A stretch of DNA of 64,000 nucleotides from Eledone cirrhosa (Eukaryota), in contig OZ024755.1 of the NCBI GenBank assembly GCA_964016885.1, positions 20,894,001 to 20,958,000 on the forward strand, written 5' to 3'. Positions 51,031-63,159 of this stretch are shown one piece after another (position 1 is the first letter of the stretch; every line of letters begins with the position of its first letter). The position numbers and the translations under genes were made by a program. The notes beneath the pieces are model-generated. The model was not told the origin of the DNA, searched no databases, and saw only the letters and a program-made list of their open reading frames with translations.

Positions 51031-51639
51031 GGTATAAAAAATGTCAATTTATGTGAGGACATTAAACAATTATTGAAATATGTCTGCCATATTTTCTGAC
51101 ACCAAATATGAAATAACAATTGGTATATTGAACATTCATTGGAATTCTTTAAATTGTCAATTGTGTGTGTATGTGTGTGAATATGTGTGTGTAAATGTGT
51201 ATATGTGTGTGTGAGTGTGTGTGTATATGTGTGTGTTTGTGTGTGAGTGTGTGTAAATGTGTATGTGTGTGTGTATATGTATGTGTTTGTTCATGTATGC
51301 ATGTGTTCATATGTATATGTGTGTTTGTTCATTTGTGTATGTGTGTGTTCGTGTGTTTGTCATGTATGTATGTGTGTGTGTGTGTGTTCTTTTTCACTTT
51401 CCTCTTCTCTTTTTTGTTTATATTTTCTTTATTTATTAACCTTTATTTGTTATTTTGGCCCTTGTGGCCAATAAAGAAATCTTTATATATTTTCATCTAT
51501 TCCTGTTCCTTCTCGCGTTGTTATTTCAATGTCACACATAAACAAAAGAATAAAAGAAAACTAAAAATAAAATATTTGTATAACGTTCTGTGTGTGTGTC
51601 TTTGGTGTGGTGTATCTGGGTGTGTATGGTGTCTGTGTG

Positions 51640-51900
51640 CAGTGAAGGATTTAGATTTGATGAGGCCCTAAGCTATTTGAGATAATGGGGCCCTTTATAT
51701 GTTATAAAAAATGTTATAAAAACTGCAAAACGTTCAATATTAAAGCAGAAAACTGTTTAAAACTATTGCATTATTTTAGTTCTTTTTTATCTTATATTTT
51801 GTAAATGTACACACCGTTTTTTTTCAATTTTTTTCGGGGCCCCAAGAAAGTGGGGCCCTAAAGCTATAGCTTGTTTAACTTATACGTAAATCCGGCCCTG
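51640..51900. mobile_element. hAT-like MITE
   Basis: CAGTGAAGGATTTA / TAAATCCGGCCCTG ends; 8-bp TSD TCTGTGTG. Confidence 0.8.
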
Positions 51901-53830
51901 TCTGTGTGTGTCTACGTGTGGTACCTGTCTGTGTGTATGAGGAGGTGTCTGTGTGCCTACGTGTGGTGTCTCTGTGAGTCTACGTGTGGTGCCTGTCTGT
52001 CTGTATGAGGAGGTGTCTACGTGTGGTGCCTGTCTGTGTCTACGTGTGGTGTCTGTGTGTCTACGTGTGGTGTCTGTGTGTCTACGTGTGGTGCCTGTCT
52101 GTGTCTACGTGTGGTGCCTGTCTGTGTCTACGTGTGGTGCCTGTCTGTGTGTGTCTACGTGTGGTGTCTCTGTGTCTACGTGTGGTGTCTCTGTGTGTCT
52201 ACGTGTGGTGTCTCTGTGAGTCTACGTGTGGTGTCTCTGTGAGTCTACGTGTGGTGCCTGTCTGTCTGTATGAGGAGGTGTCTACGTGTGGTGTCTGTGT
52301 GTCTACGTGTGGTGCCTGTCTGTGTCTACGTGTGGTGCCTGTCTCTGTGTGTCTACGTGTGGTGCCTGTCTCTGTGTGTCTACGTGTGGTGTCTCTGTGT
52401 CTACGTGTGGTGTCTCTGTATGTCTACGTGTGGTGTCTCTGTGTGTCTACGTGTGGTGTCTCTGTGAGTCTACGTGTGGTGTCTCTGTGAGTCTACGTGT
52501 GGTGCCTGTCTGTCTGTATGAGGAGGTGTCTACGTGTGGTGCCTGTCTGTGTCTACGTGTGGTGCCTGTCTCTGTGTGTCTACGTGTGGTGCCTGTCTCT
52601 GTGTGTCTACGTGTGGTGCCTGTCTCTGTGTGTCTACGTGTGGTGCCTGTCTCTCTGTGTGTCTACGTGTGGTGTCTCTGTGTCTGTGTGTGTCTACGTG
52701 TGGTGTCTCTGTGTCTACGTGTGGTGTCTCTGTATGTCTACGTGTGGTGTCTCTGTGTGTCTACGTGTGGTGTCTCTGTGAGTCTACGTGTGGTGCCTGT
52801 CTGTCTGTATGAGGAGGTGTCTACGTGTGGTGCCTGTCTGTGTCTACGTGTGGTGTCTCTGTGTGTCTACGTGTGGTGCCTGTCTGTGTCTACGTGTGGT
52901 GTCTCTGTGTGTCTACGTGTGGTGCCTGTCTGTGTCTACGTGTGGTGCCTGTCTCTGTGTGTCTACGTGTGGTGCCTGTCTCTGTGTGTCTACGTGTGGT
53001 GCCTGTCTCTGTGTGTCTACGTGTGGTGCCTGTCTCTGTGTGTGTCTACGTGTGGTGTCTCTGTGTCTACGTGTGGTGTCTCTGTGTGTCTACGTGTGGT
53101 GTCTCTGTGAGTCTACGTGTGGTGTCTCTGTGAGTCTACGTGTGGTGCCTGTCTGTCTGTATGAGGAGGTGTCTACGTGTGGTGCCTGTCTGTGTCTACG
53201 TGTGGTGTCTGTGTGTCTACGTGTGGTGCCTGTCTGTGTCTACGTGTGGTGCCTGTCTCTGTGTGTCTACGTGTGGTGCCTGTCTCTGTGTGTCTACGTG
53301 TGGTGTCTCTGTGTCTACGTGTGGTGTCTCTGTATGTCTACGTGTGGTGTCTCTGTGTGTCTACGTGTGGTGTCTCTGTGAGTCTACGTGTGGTGCCTGT
53401 CTGTCTGTATGAGGAGGTGTCTACGTGTGGTGCCTGTCTGTGTCTACGTGTGGTGTCTCTGTGTGTCTACGTGTGGTGCCTGTCTGTGTCTACGTGTGGT
53501 GCCTGTCTCTGTGTGTCTACGTGTGGTGCCTGTCTCTGTGTGTCTACGTGTGGTGCCTGTCTCTGTGTGTCTACGTGTGGTGCCTGTCTCTGTGTGTGTC
53601 TACGTGTGGTGTCTCTGTGTCTACGTGTGGTGTCTCTGTATGTCTACGTGTGGTGTCTCTGTGTGTCTACGTGTGGTGTCTCTGTGAGTCTACGTGTGGT
53701 GCCTGTCTACGTGTGGTGCCTGTCTCTGTGTGTCTACGTGTGGTGCCTGTCTGTCTGTATGAGGAGGTGTCTACGTGTGGTGCCTGTCTCTGTGTGTCTA
53801 CGTGTGGTGCTAGTGTGTGTCTGTGTGGTG
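51901..53830. repeat. GTCTACGTGTGGTG-core minisatellite with higher-order structure
   Basis: Variable 21-30 bp units; marker ATGAGGAGG at 51937, 52005, 52270, 52518, 52809, 53161, 53409, 53759. Confidence 0.95.
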
Positions 53831-54168
53831 CCTGTCTGTGTGCATGTATGGTGTCTCTGTATGTGTCTGTGTGTATATGTGTATATGGTGTCTGTGTAGA
53901 TATGTATGTATGCGCCAGTGTGTATGTATGTGTCAGAGTATTACCGGAGTCTCCTTGCACCTGGAAAAGCAAAATAATATATATGTTGAATTATGTATTA
54001 AAGACTTATGCCACTCAAGTAAAAACACTGATTACAAATATAGATGAAGATAATCCCATAAATATAGTCAACAATAACAAATTCTGTAATAAGGTATAAT
54101 TATTACATAAGAATGTTGAAGTCAAGGTCTTCATGTGACAGCATAGCATACACTAAAGAAGATTGCAG

Positions 54169-54385
54169 TAACCATTTAGCATTCACATTACTTTATATAT
54201 ACTATTGTATTTTCATGGTAAAGGCTTTATCTCACATAATTATCTCACATAATATCGAATCTATGAGATTTTGAAAGTATTTATTTTGAAAACAATACCT
54301 TAACATCAGTTTGAGCGACCTGTTACAGCCAGTTTCAACAGAAAAAGGTAGAGAATTCTGGCCGGTTTGAACATTAAAGGGTTCA
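54169..54385. mobile_element. piggyBac-like MITE, decayed ends
   Basis: Body matches the family; TIRs degenerate. Confidence 0.75.
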
Positions 54386-55704
54386 TAACTCTATGAATAG
54401 TCTTAATGTGTATTGTAAAGTAGAGGTCAGATTTGGCTAAACTTTGCTTCTTCACAAGGTTTTTCTAATGCTCTTAGGAAAGATGAAAACATCAGAATTT
54501 TTATAGTTTTCTTATCCTAACTAAATATTGATACTTCAGACATCATATAAGAACTGTTATTTTAGTTAATGAAGTAAAGATAATTTAGGTTGTAAAAATA
54601 ATTGAGTCAGTAAAGATAATTGAACCGGTAAAACTAATTGAGCTGGTAAAATACTTGAGCCTGTAAAGACAGTTGAGCCATTAAAAATGATTGAGCCAGT
54701 AAATAGCTGTAGATGCTTAATCTCTCTGAAAGTTAGAATAAGAGTATATGAAATTGTGGAATGCTCAGCCACTTGTACATTAATTTCACAAGCAAGATGT
54801 TATGTTGTTCGAACAACTGGAACTGAAAGATGTGCAACATGCACACATATATTTGTGTATAACATTCTCACCTATACTTGTGTATAAGTCATACCTTTTC
54901 TCAGGAAAATATGATGAAAATATAATTATTGGTGAGCTACATATGGTATGACACTGACACTAATATCTTCTTGGGAAACACTTAAAAATCCCAACTTCAC
55001 ATTTCTATTCACTTATAAAATTTGAATTCTTGTGATCTCCCTGTATATTGATTTTTCAGGTAGGACACAAGAATTCTAATGAAATACACTATTTCAATTA
55101 ATTAATGAAGAATTTCAATGAATTTACAAAAAATTTCAATTATTTAATTACTAAAACAGTAACTTAATGTAAGGTTTTTATATAAAATTATGTTGGAAGA
55201 TTTTTAATTTTAATTGGAAACGTTTAGAATGGGTGATTTTATTTCATAGAACCAGAGCTGGGTAGCAACAAAAGGGTTAATGCATGGAAGATAGACCCTG
55301 GAAAGAAACAATGCAGTTATTAATAAAAAAAAAAGTGTTGAAATTAATGTATGTAAGATTTCACAGTTCTTGCATCATTCCTTCATAGTCAGCCTATAGA
55401 TTTTTCAACCGACCCACGTAATTCAGTCATAATACTTTTTTGTACTTTTCCGGAATGTTTTGTTAATGTGGTTAGATGCCGTAGAGGACATTAAAAGTTA
55501 ATATCAATAGAATATGGTAACAATTTCCTATGAGTAATGTCTGAAATTAATTTTTCTTGAATGGTCTTTTTTTTACATCCTTCCCATTTCTTTTTCTCTT
55601 CCTTTAATTGCTATTTTTATTTTATTTTTATTTTATTTTATTTTTATCTGCTGCTTTTTTTTTTTTTGTTATAATGTCATTTAGTATAAATTCTAAAACC
55701 ATTG

Positions 55705-55705
55705 C

Positions 55706-55737
<32 letters not shown>

Positions 55738-55738
55738 A

Positions 55739-55776
<38 letters not shown>

Positions 55777-55808
55777 CACTACTACTACTACCACCACAAC
55801 CACAACCC

Positions 55809-55859
<51 letters not shown>

Positions 55860-55900
55860 TTACCACCACTACTACTACTACTACCACTACCACAACTACT
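55705..55900. repeat. (CTA/CCA)n microsatellite
   Basis: Trinucleotide run. Confidence 0.95.
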
Positions 55901-56149
55901 AATAATAGTACATAATTAGTCATATGTACTAAGTCCACAACTTGTGTATGTTGGGTGGGACTCTTGTGAACTGTTCAATACAGTCCAAGAATGTATGTTG
56001 GGGTGGCAGATGACATACCTTGAGATATCGTGTCTATAAGAGCGCCTATGTTTGAAAGGAGAATATGTGTGTTTGTGTGGGTGGATGTGTGTATATTTAT
56101 ATATGGGAATATATAAATATACACTCATATATAGATATATATAAATTAT

Positions 56150-56334
56150 TTTTTCTACTTTTTGGCACAAGGCCAGCAATTACCCAGTGCATTACTGGTA
56201 CTTTATTTTATCGACCCCGTAAGGATGAAAGGCAAAGTCAACCTCAGCGGGATTTGAACTCAGATCGTTAAGGGACGTAACTATGCTGGAAAGCATGGCA
56301 TCCGACCCTCTACCGATACTGCCAATCACCACCT
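56150..56334 (-). mobile_element. Nin-type SINE
   Basis: Family body. Confidence 0.85.
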
Positions 56335-56380
56335 TATTTAGATATATATAAATAATATATATATTTATATATATATAATA

Positions 56381-56412
<32 letters not shown>

Positions 56413-56489
56413 ACGAAGGAAATGTGGTAAGGAACCAGGTGGACCATAACGCACCAAAGTACTCAATACTTGAGGTAGTAGAGTGGGTA

Positions 56490-56598
56490 ATAGGAACCAG
56501 TAAGACCCCGACAGCTGAGCTCAAGCCGTTTCGACGGCTAATTCTCCAGAATTAGCCGTCGAAACGGCTTGAGCTCAGCTGTCGGGGTCTTACTGGTT

Positions 56599-56603
<5 letters not shown>
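56490..56603. repeat. Perfect 56-bp inverted repeat with 2-nt loop
   Basis: Arms 56490-56545 and 56548-56603 are exact reverse complements. Confidence 0.95.
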
Positions 56604-56638
<35 letters not shown>

Positions 56639-56702
56639 TATATAAATATACACACATAAATATAAATAATATATAAATATACACACAATCTGTGGGAGTA
56701 TA

Positions 56703-56752
<50 letters not shown>

Positions 56753-56809
56753 TGTGTGCATTTGTGTGTGTGTATATGTACATTTGTGTGTGTGTGTGTA
56801 TTTATTTTG

Positions 56810-57840
56810 GAAACCCCCTAGTTTAATTTGTTAGTAAACTGGAGATTAAGACCAGATGTTGGGAGCCTCCTGAGATTAACACCAGATGTTGGGAACCTCC
56901 TAGTTTAATGTGGTAGTAAACTGGAGATTAACACCAGATGTTGGGAGCCTCCTAGTTTAATGTGGTAGTAAACTGGAGATTAACACCAGATGTTGGGAGC
57001 CCCCTAATCTAATGTGTTAGTAAACTGGAGATTAACACCAGATGTTGGGTGCCCCCTAATCTAATGTGTTAGTAAACTGGAGATTAACACCAGATGTTGG
57101 GAGCCTCCTAGTTTAATGTATTAGTAAACTGGAGATTAACACCAGATGTTGGGAGCCTCCTAGTTTAATGTATTAGTAAACTGGAGATTAACACCAGATG
57201 TTGGGAGCCTCCTAGTTTAATGTATTAGTAAACTGGAGATTAACACCAGATGTTGGGAGCCTCCTAGTTTAATGTATTAGTAAACTGGAGATTAACACCA
57301 GATGTTGGGAGCCTCCTAGTTTAATGTATTAGTAAACTGGAGATTAACACCAGATGTTGGGAGCCTCCTAGTTTAATGTATTAGTAAACTGGAGATTAAC
57401 ACCAGATGTTGGGTGCCCCCTAATCTAATGTGTTAGTAAACTGGAGATTAACACCAGATGTTGGGTGCCTCCTAGTTTAATGTATTAGTAAACTGGAGAT
57501 TAACACCAGATGTTGGGAGCCTCCTAGTTTAATGTATTAGTAAACTGGAGATTAACACCAGATGTTGGGAGCCTCCTAGTTTAATGTATTAGTAAACTGG
57601 AGATTAACACCAGATGTTGGGGGCCCCCTAGTTTAATGTGGTAGTAAATTGGAGATTAACACCAGATGTTGGGAACCCACTAGTTTAATATGTTAGTAAA
57701 CTGGAGATTAACACCAGATGTTGGGAGCCCCTAGTTTAATATGTTAGTAAACTGGAGATTAACACCAGATGTTGGTAACCCCTAGTTTAATGTGTTAGTA
57801 AACTGGAGATTAACACCAGATGTTGGGAACTCCTAGTTTA
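56810..57840. repeat. 52-bp minisatellite, ~20 copies
   Basis: TAGTTTAATGTATTAGTAAACTGGAGATTAACACCAGATGTTGGGAGCCTCC. Confidence 0.95.
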
Positions 57841-58053
57841 ACCCTTTAGCATTCACATTATTCTATATATACTATTATATTTTCATGGTAAAAGCTTTAC
57901 CTCACATAATATCGAATCTATGACATTTTGATATCATTTATGTTGAGAATAATACCTACACATCAGTATGTGTGGCTGGTTACGGCTAGTTTAAACAGAA
58001 AGAGGTGTGAGAATTCTGGCTGGATACGGCTGGTTTAAATGCTAAAGGATTAA
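57838..58053. mobile_element. piggyBac-like MITE inserted in the last unit of the 52-bp array
   Basis: The unit's TTAA is duplicated; the unit resumes after the element (TAGTAAACTGGAGATAAACACCA). Confidence 0.85.
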
Positions 58054-58439
58054 TTTGATAGTAAACTGGAGATAAACACCAACTATATATTGATAGATCC
58101 TCATGGTTCTACTTAGTATTTTATACAATTTTACAGTGTTGACATTACCTAACACTGATGAATTATATGGATTCTCTCACCCATGAGTTTTCTGACACCA
58201 ATCCTTTTAGTCGTCATGTACAACTTACAAGGATAAGGTGTACCTCTGTTCTAAAGACTAGGAATTCCCCTTCAAAAGTGTTTGTGCACCAAATGGCAGC
58301 TCAAGTTACTTAATTAGCTATAGAAGGTGATCCAGTAACCTATATAAGATTATTTGACATTTTTTATTACACATAAAGACAGAATATCTTTTGTATTATT
58401 AGATGTAGTAAAATTATTAATATTGTTCAGAAATTGTTT

Positions 58440-58667
58440 TTAACCCTTTAGCATTTACATTACTCTACATTTATTATTGTATTTTCTTTGTAAAGACTTT
58501 ATCTCACATAATATCTCACATATATATTGAATCTATGACATTTTGATATCATTATGTTGAGAACAATACCTTAATATCAGTATGAGTGGCCAGTTACGAC
58601 TAGTTTGAACAGAAAGAGGTGAGAGAATTCTGGCCAGATATGGCCAGTTTAAATGCTAAAGGGTTAA
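58440..58667. mobile_element. piggyBac-like TTAA MITE
   Basis: TIRs and TTAA. Confidence 0.85.
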
Positions 58668-58851
58668 ATGATTATTAATAGAAAAAAAGTCATTATTTTA
58701 TGGTGGTAGGTATTTCTTAAACAATATCTGTATTTTCAACACAAGCCTTATGTATTATTAGCCTGTTTGGTGCCAGCCCATCAGGGACCAGCTCTGGTTT
58801 CATGATACCAAAACTATGATTTTCAAGTATTTATATGTCTACATACCAGAG

Positions 58852-59034
58852 TCGACTGAATAGTTCATAGGCTGACTATGAAGGGTTGATGTTAGAGTGG
58901 TGAAATCTTGCATACATTAGTTTCAACTCTTTTTGTTAAGACTTTCCCAGAGACTATGTTGAAAAATAAATCTCAATTGGTCATTCCATGTCAGTATCTT
59001 GGTCAGTCTATGAAATTTTCAGCCAACCCTTGTA
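58852..59034. mobile_element. mariner-like MITE (related half at about 55310-55420)
   Basis: Imperfect TIRs GAATAGTTCATAGGCTGAC / GTCAGTCTATGAAATTTTC, TA-flanked. Confidence 0.6.
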
Positions 59035-59428
59035 TATGTGTGATATATATCTTTAGATAATTATGCTCAGCAAAGCTGGCCTTGGCAGGATTTGAACTAA
59101 GAATGCAAAGTGTTGAAACAAATGACACAAAACATTTTAATCTGAAACTCTCACAATTCTGCCAAGGATGACCGATGAGACATTAACATATAAACATATT
59201 GGTTGTTAATAATTTAATGAAGTGTGTTAGTTATTTTCATATTATTAGGTGTGGCAAAGTGAATAATGTTGTTGTGAGAAATTAAATGTTATTGGAAATG
59301 AAATTAAATGATTATTAACAGAAACAAAGAAAAGAAAGATATTGGATTATCTTGTTGTTTTTTTTTTGTTTTTTATAACTAATATCTGTATTTTCATAAA
59401 TTACTTTGTATCTATCCTTAAAACAAGA

Positions 59429-59847
59429 TTAACCCTTTAGCATTTAAACTGGCCATATCCGGCCAGAATTGTCTCACCTCTTTCTGTTCAAACTGACCAT
59501 AACTGGCCACCCCTACTGATGTTAAGGTATTGTTCACAAAATAAATAATTGTTTCTGCTTTTGGTACAAGGCCAGCAATTACCCCAGTGCATTACTGGTG
59601 CTTTTATTTTTTATCGACCCCGTAAGGATGAAAGGCAAAGTTAACCTCAGCGGGATTTGAACTCAGAACGTAAAGGGCCTAACTCTATGCTGCAAAGCAT
59701 GGTGTCTGACGCTCTACTAATACTCCTAATCACAAAATAAATAATATCAAAATCTCATAGATTCGATATTATGTGTGATATGAGATAAAGCCTGCACTGT
59801 GAAAATACAATAGTAAATGTAGAGTAATGTGAATGCAGTATGGTCAA
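59429..59847. mobile_element. piggyBac-like MITE with nested Nin-type SINE (59549-59730, -)
   Basis: TSD TCACAAAATAAATAAT on both sides of the SINE. Confidence 0.85.
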
Positions 59848-60306
59848 AATGTGGACCATTGCCATGAAGCTAGAGGAACCAGATAACCAGATGACCAAAC
59901 AACCAGATGATCAAATTGCCAAATTAGTAAAAAAAAGTCCACACTATAATCAGGAACCACCAGACATGTTGAAAGCGTTCATCTTTGTCCCTGCTGACTA
60001 ATATCAGGCCCCATTGTTGTGAGGCTGGAGGAACCAGATAACCAGATGGCCACATGATTAAAAAAAGCCCACATGATAATCATTAGGCTCTGAGTTCTCT
60101 CAGAATTCAGGAACCACCAAAGATGTTGAAAGTTGTCATCTTTGTCCCTGCTGACTAATATCAGGCACTGACCCCTCAATGTATGAATATACAAAAGATT
60201 ATGTTATGTGACATGTTATCTGTAAAATATTTAAAATCTGAGCAGTGTTTTGTATTTCAGACAATTGGCAGTATGACTATATGGAAGACTCATACAACCA
60301 ATGTCA

Positions 60307-60570
60307 GCATGAGGGAGATTGTATGTGGTCGGATCAGATTGCTAGAAATAGCAGCCAACACTCCATTGAATTACACCTCATGAGGGAGATTGTATGTGGT
60401 CGGATCAGCTTGCTAGAAATAGCAACCAACACTCCATCAAATTACATCTCATGAGGGAGATTCTATGAAATAACAGCCAACACTCCATCAAATCATATAA
60501 CATGACGGAGATTCTAAGTAGTTGATCAGCTTACTAGAAATAGCAGCTAACACTCCTTCAAACACACCCT
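60307..60570. repeat. ~71-bp tandem repeat, 3-4 copies
   Basis: CATGAGGGAGATTGTATGTGGTCGGATCAG..AAATAGCAGCCAACACTCCAT. Confidence 0.8.
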
Positions 60571-60944
60571 ACTGTCTAAAAAGAAAAAGAAAACTGGATT
60601 CTTTCAATAATGTAGTCTTAGATAGTATGTCTGAATAAAAGACTGGATTGTCGTGGTAGGACTGTCTTCTAGAATAAGTCTACTTGATCAGGGCTCTATC
60701 TGGGGGCTAATCAACAACATCAAAAGATATTAAAATGATGATTATGATGATGATGACAATGATAATGGGGATGATTTTGATGATGGTTGATGATGACAGC
60801 GATGATGATGATGATGTTCATAGTTATAACACTGATCACTTACACACACTTACACATACACACACGTACACTCACACATGCACACTTACAGACACACACA
60901 CACACTTACAGATAACACATAAATAAAATTATGTGACTAAAGAG

Positions 60945-61006
<62 letters not shown>

Positions 61007-62092
61007 ACATAAACAGAGAAAGCTTTAAGCGATACTCCAACCAACTCCATCTCACTCAACAAACATTAGGATATACTTAAGTATTATCCCAATTTAGTGT
61101 TTGGGGTGCTAACTAATCAGTATTTCGTGGATAGCTGGTTATATTATTTTATGAGACATTATTAAATAAATATCTCTTTCCTTCCAGACGGCCGTTTCGT
61201 TATAAGATCTCTACAATTTGGGATAAATAATTTCCAGGTTATGTAGAAACTTGTATATAATCCATAGATTTATACACACACGAGCTCTTATAAACTCATC
61301 AGTGGATGCCCAAATAATATCGATATAAGAATATCGACATTAATAGAATGGTGATGGTCTCCCTCAGCGCTAAGAAGAGACTGGTAGATTAGAAAATCCA
61401 GCAGTCCTCCCAAAGATAAAATAGACGCTGTCCCCAAAGGGGTAAAGGGAGGTCATCTTAAAATAAAACAATATACACGCTGGTCATTTAAACCTGTTAG
61501 GTATTAACTACGTGTATAAAAACTCAATTGGAAATAAAAGAATAACCATATGTGGTATATATATCAGAAGCTACAACACAGTGAGTGGCAATGTCCTAAC
61601 ATTTGTTTTGTTATTTAAAGAAATTAGTAATAAAGTCTTAATAGCAATAATAATAGCATATATATATTTCAATGATAACATAATCAACTTAACTGTGCAT
61701 TGATTTATTAGAAATAATACTTATACTATTTCATTTACTACTAGATGTCATTAAATAGGTTTGAAAAAGCAGTTAGTTTTAATCTTTCATCAGCAACAAG
61801 ATAATTGACTGGGACATGTTGTTTACATATGTTTAAAAGCAAAAATAAATAATTTCATATATTTACAAAGAAGTAATTGTTGAAAGGAAGGAAGAAAGAA
61901 TTAAAGGAATAAAAAAGAAAAAGAAAGGAAAAGAGAAAATAAACAAATATTTCAACAGATTTAAAAAAAAAAAAATTTTTTTTGTAACAAACAGGTCCCT
62001 GACAAAAATTAAAAATAGACCCAAACCAAAGGCGAAATATTGACCCCGAAACTGGTCTTAAGTTCAAGCCAGATGTAAAATCTCTACAGTCT

Positions 62093-62525
62093 AAAATCCG
62101 TCTCGAGCCAGGAGGCTCATGAGGCCGGTGTTGATCCTGGTTTCCATGGCATGAAGCACTGGCAGTACAGGACTTGCCCCTGGACAGGATGTCAGTCCAT
62201 TGCAGGGTTAAACTACCAGCTGTTGTTGTTACTCATTTTCAACTGAATATACTGGAGCAATGTCCATTTTGAGAAAAATCTTTGCCTGCTTTGGGCCCCA
62301 AAGAGGTCTTGTACTGCTTTGCAAAATTTCTCTTGGACACTTGTCGATTGCAGGGTTAAACTCACCAGCTATTGCTAGTACCCATTTTCAACTGAGTATA
62401 CTGGAGCAACATGAAATGAAGTGTTTTGCTCAAGAACACAAAAGACAACCCAGTCCAAGAATCAAACCCACAGCATTATGATTGTAAGCCCAACACCCTT
62501 ACCACTAGGCCACACACCTCTACAT
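62093..62525 (-). mobile_element. Same SINE family, with internally duplicated body
   Basis: Head GTGTGGCCTAGTGGTAAGG; the ATTGCAGGGTTAAACT..ACTGGAGCAA segment occurs twice (about 62200 and 62348). Confidence 0.7.
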
Positions 62526-63159
62526 AAGATGTAAAATATAGTCTCCCAAAACAACCAGGTCCTGTAAAACTGGTTATAGACCCAGACCAGAGGTGAATAT
62601 TCTTTAGTAACAGGTCCCTGCATAAATTATTGTTAATAATATTAATAAAAAAGTGGTTTATTTATTATTACTAATAAAAAGTGTTTTTTAAAATTACCTA
62701 CAGTAGACATATTTTGTAAGATTATGTATAGCATGGTCTCATAACTCCTGATGGAGCCATAGGGATGCTATAGTGACATATGGCATTTCTTGGGCATTTT
62801 AACCCTAGCAGAGCCCAGCCTTCTCCACGCATGGTTATATATATATATTTGAGTTCACCCCAAAAAACGCATCAGATTAGTGATTCTAGATATGCTCACC
62901 TCCATATCGATGAAACACATGTCAGTTACGTAATAAATGTTAATCCTTCAATTGCAAAATTGGTGTATTCATGTAATTTATTATATTCTATAATAATACT
63001 CCAGGAATTACTTTCATTGTACCTACGGTTGAACACCATGGAAACACTATGATAAGAGATTCATTTGTTTAGTCAAACACGACTGCATGACGACACAGTC
63101 TTTGGTTTCAACTAACGAAAACTGACTACTATTATAAACTGTGTGTGTGTGTATACATA

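Noticed and set aside
50073-51119. Mucin-like or His-rich ORFs (348 and 283 aa)
   Set aside because: They are translations of a 36-bp minisatellite, with a frame switch and no splice or signal evidence.
51953-54099. Many Cys/Val-rich ORFs, superficially metallothionein- or keratin-associated-like
   Set aside because: The GT-rich tandem repeat has unit lengths that do not preserve frame.
55608-55938. Poly-Leu, poly-Tyr and poly-Val ORFs
   Set aside because: They come from a (CTA)n microsatellite.
56810-57840. Regular 52-bp repeats resembling a CRISPR array
   Set aside because: There are no unique spacers and no cas genes, and the context is eukaryotic; it is a plain minisatellite.
60261-60454. 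Acceptor-like TTTCAG followed by DNWQYDYMEDSY
   Set aside because: It runs straight into a tandem repeat, with no donor, partner exons or homology.
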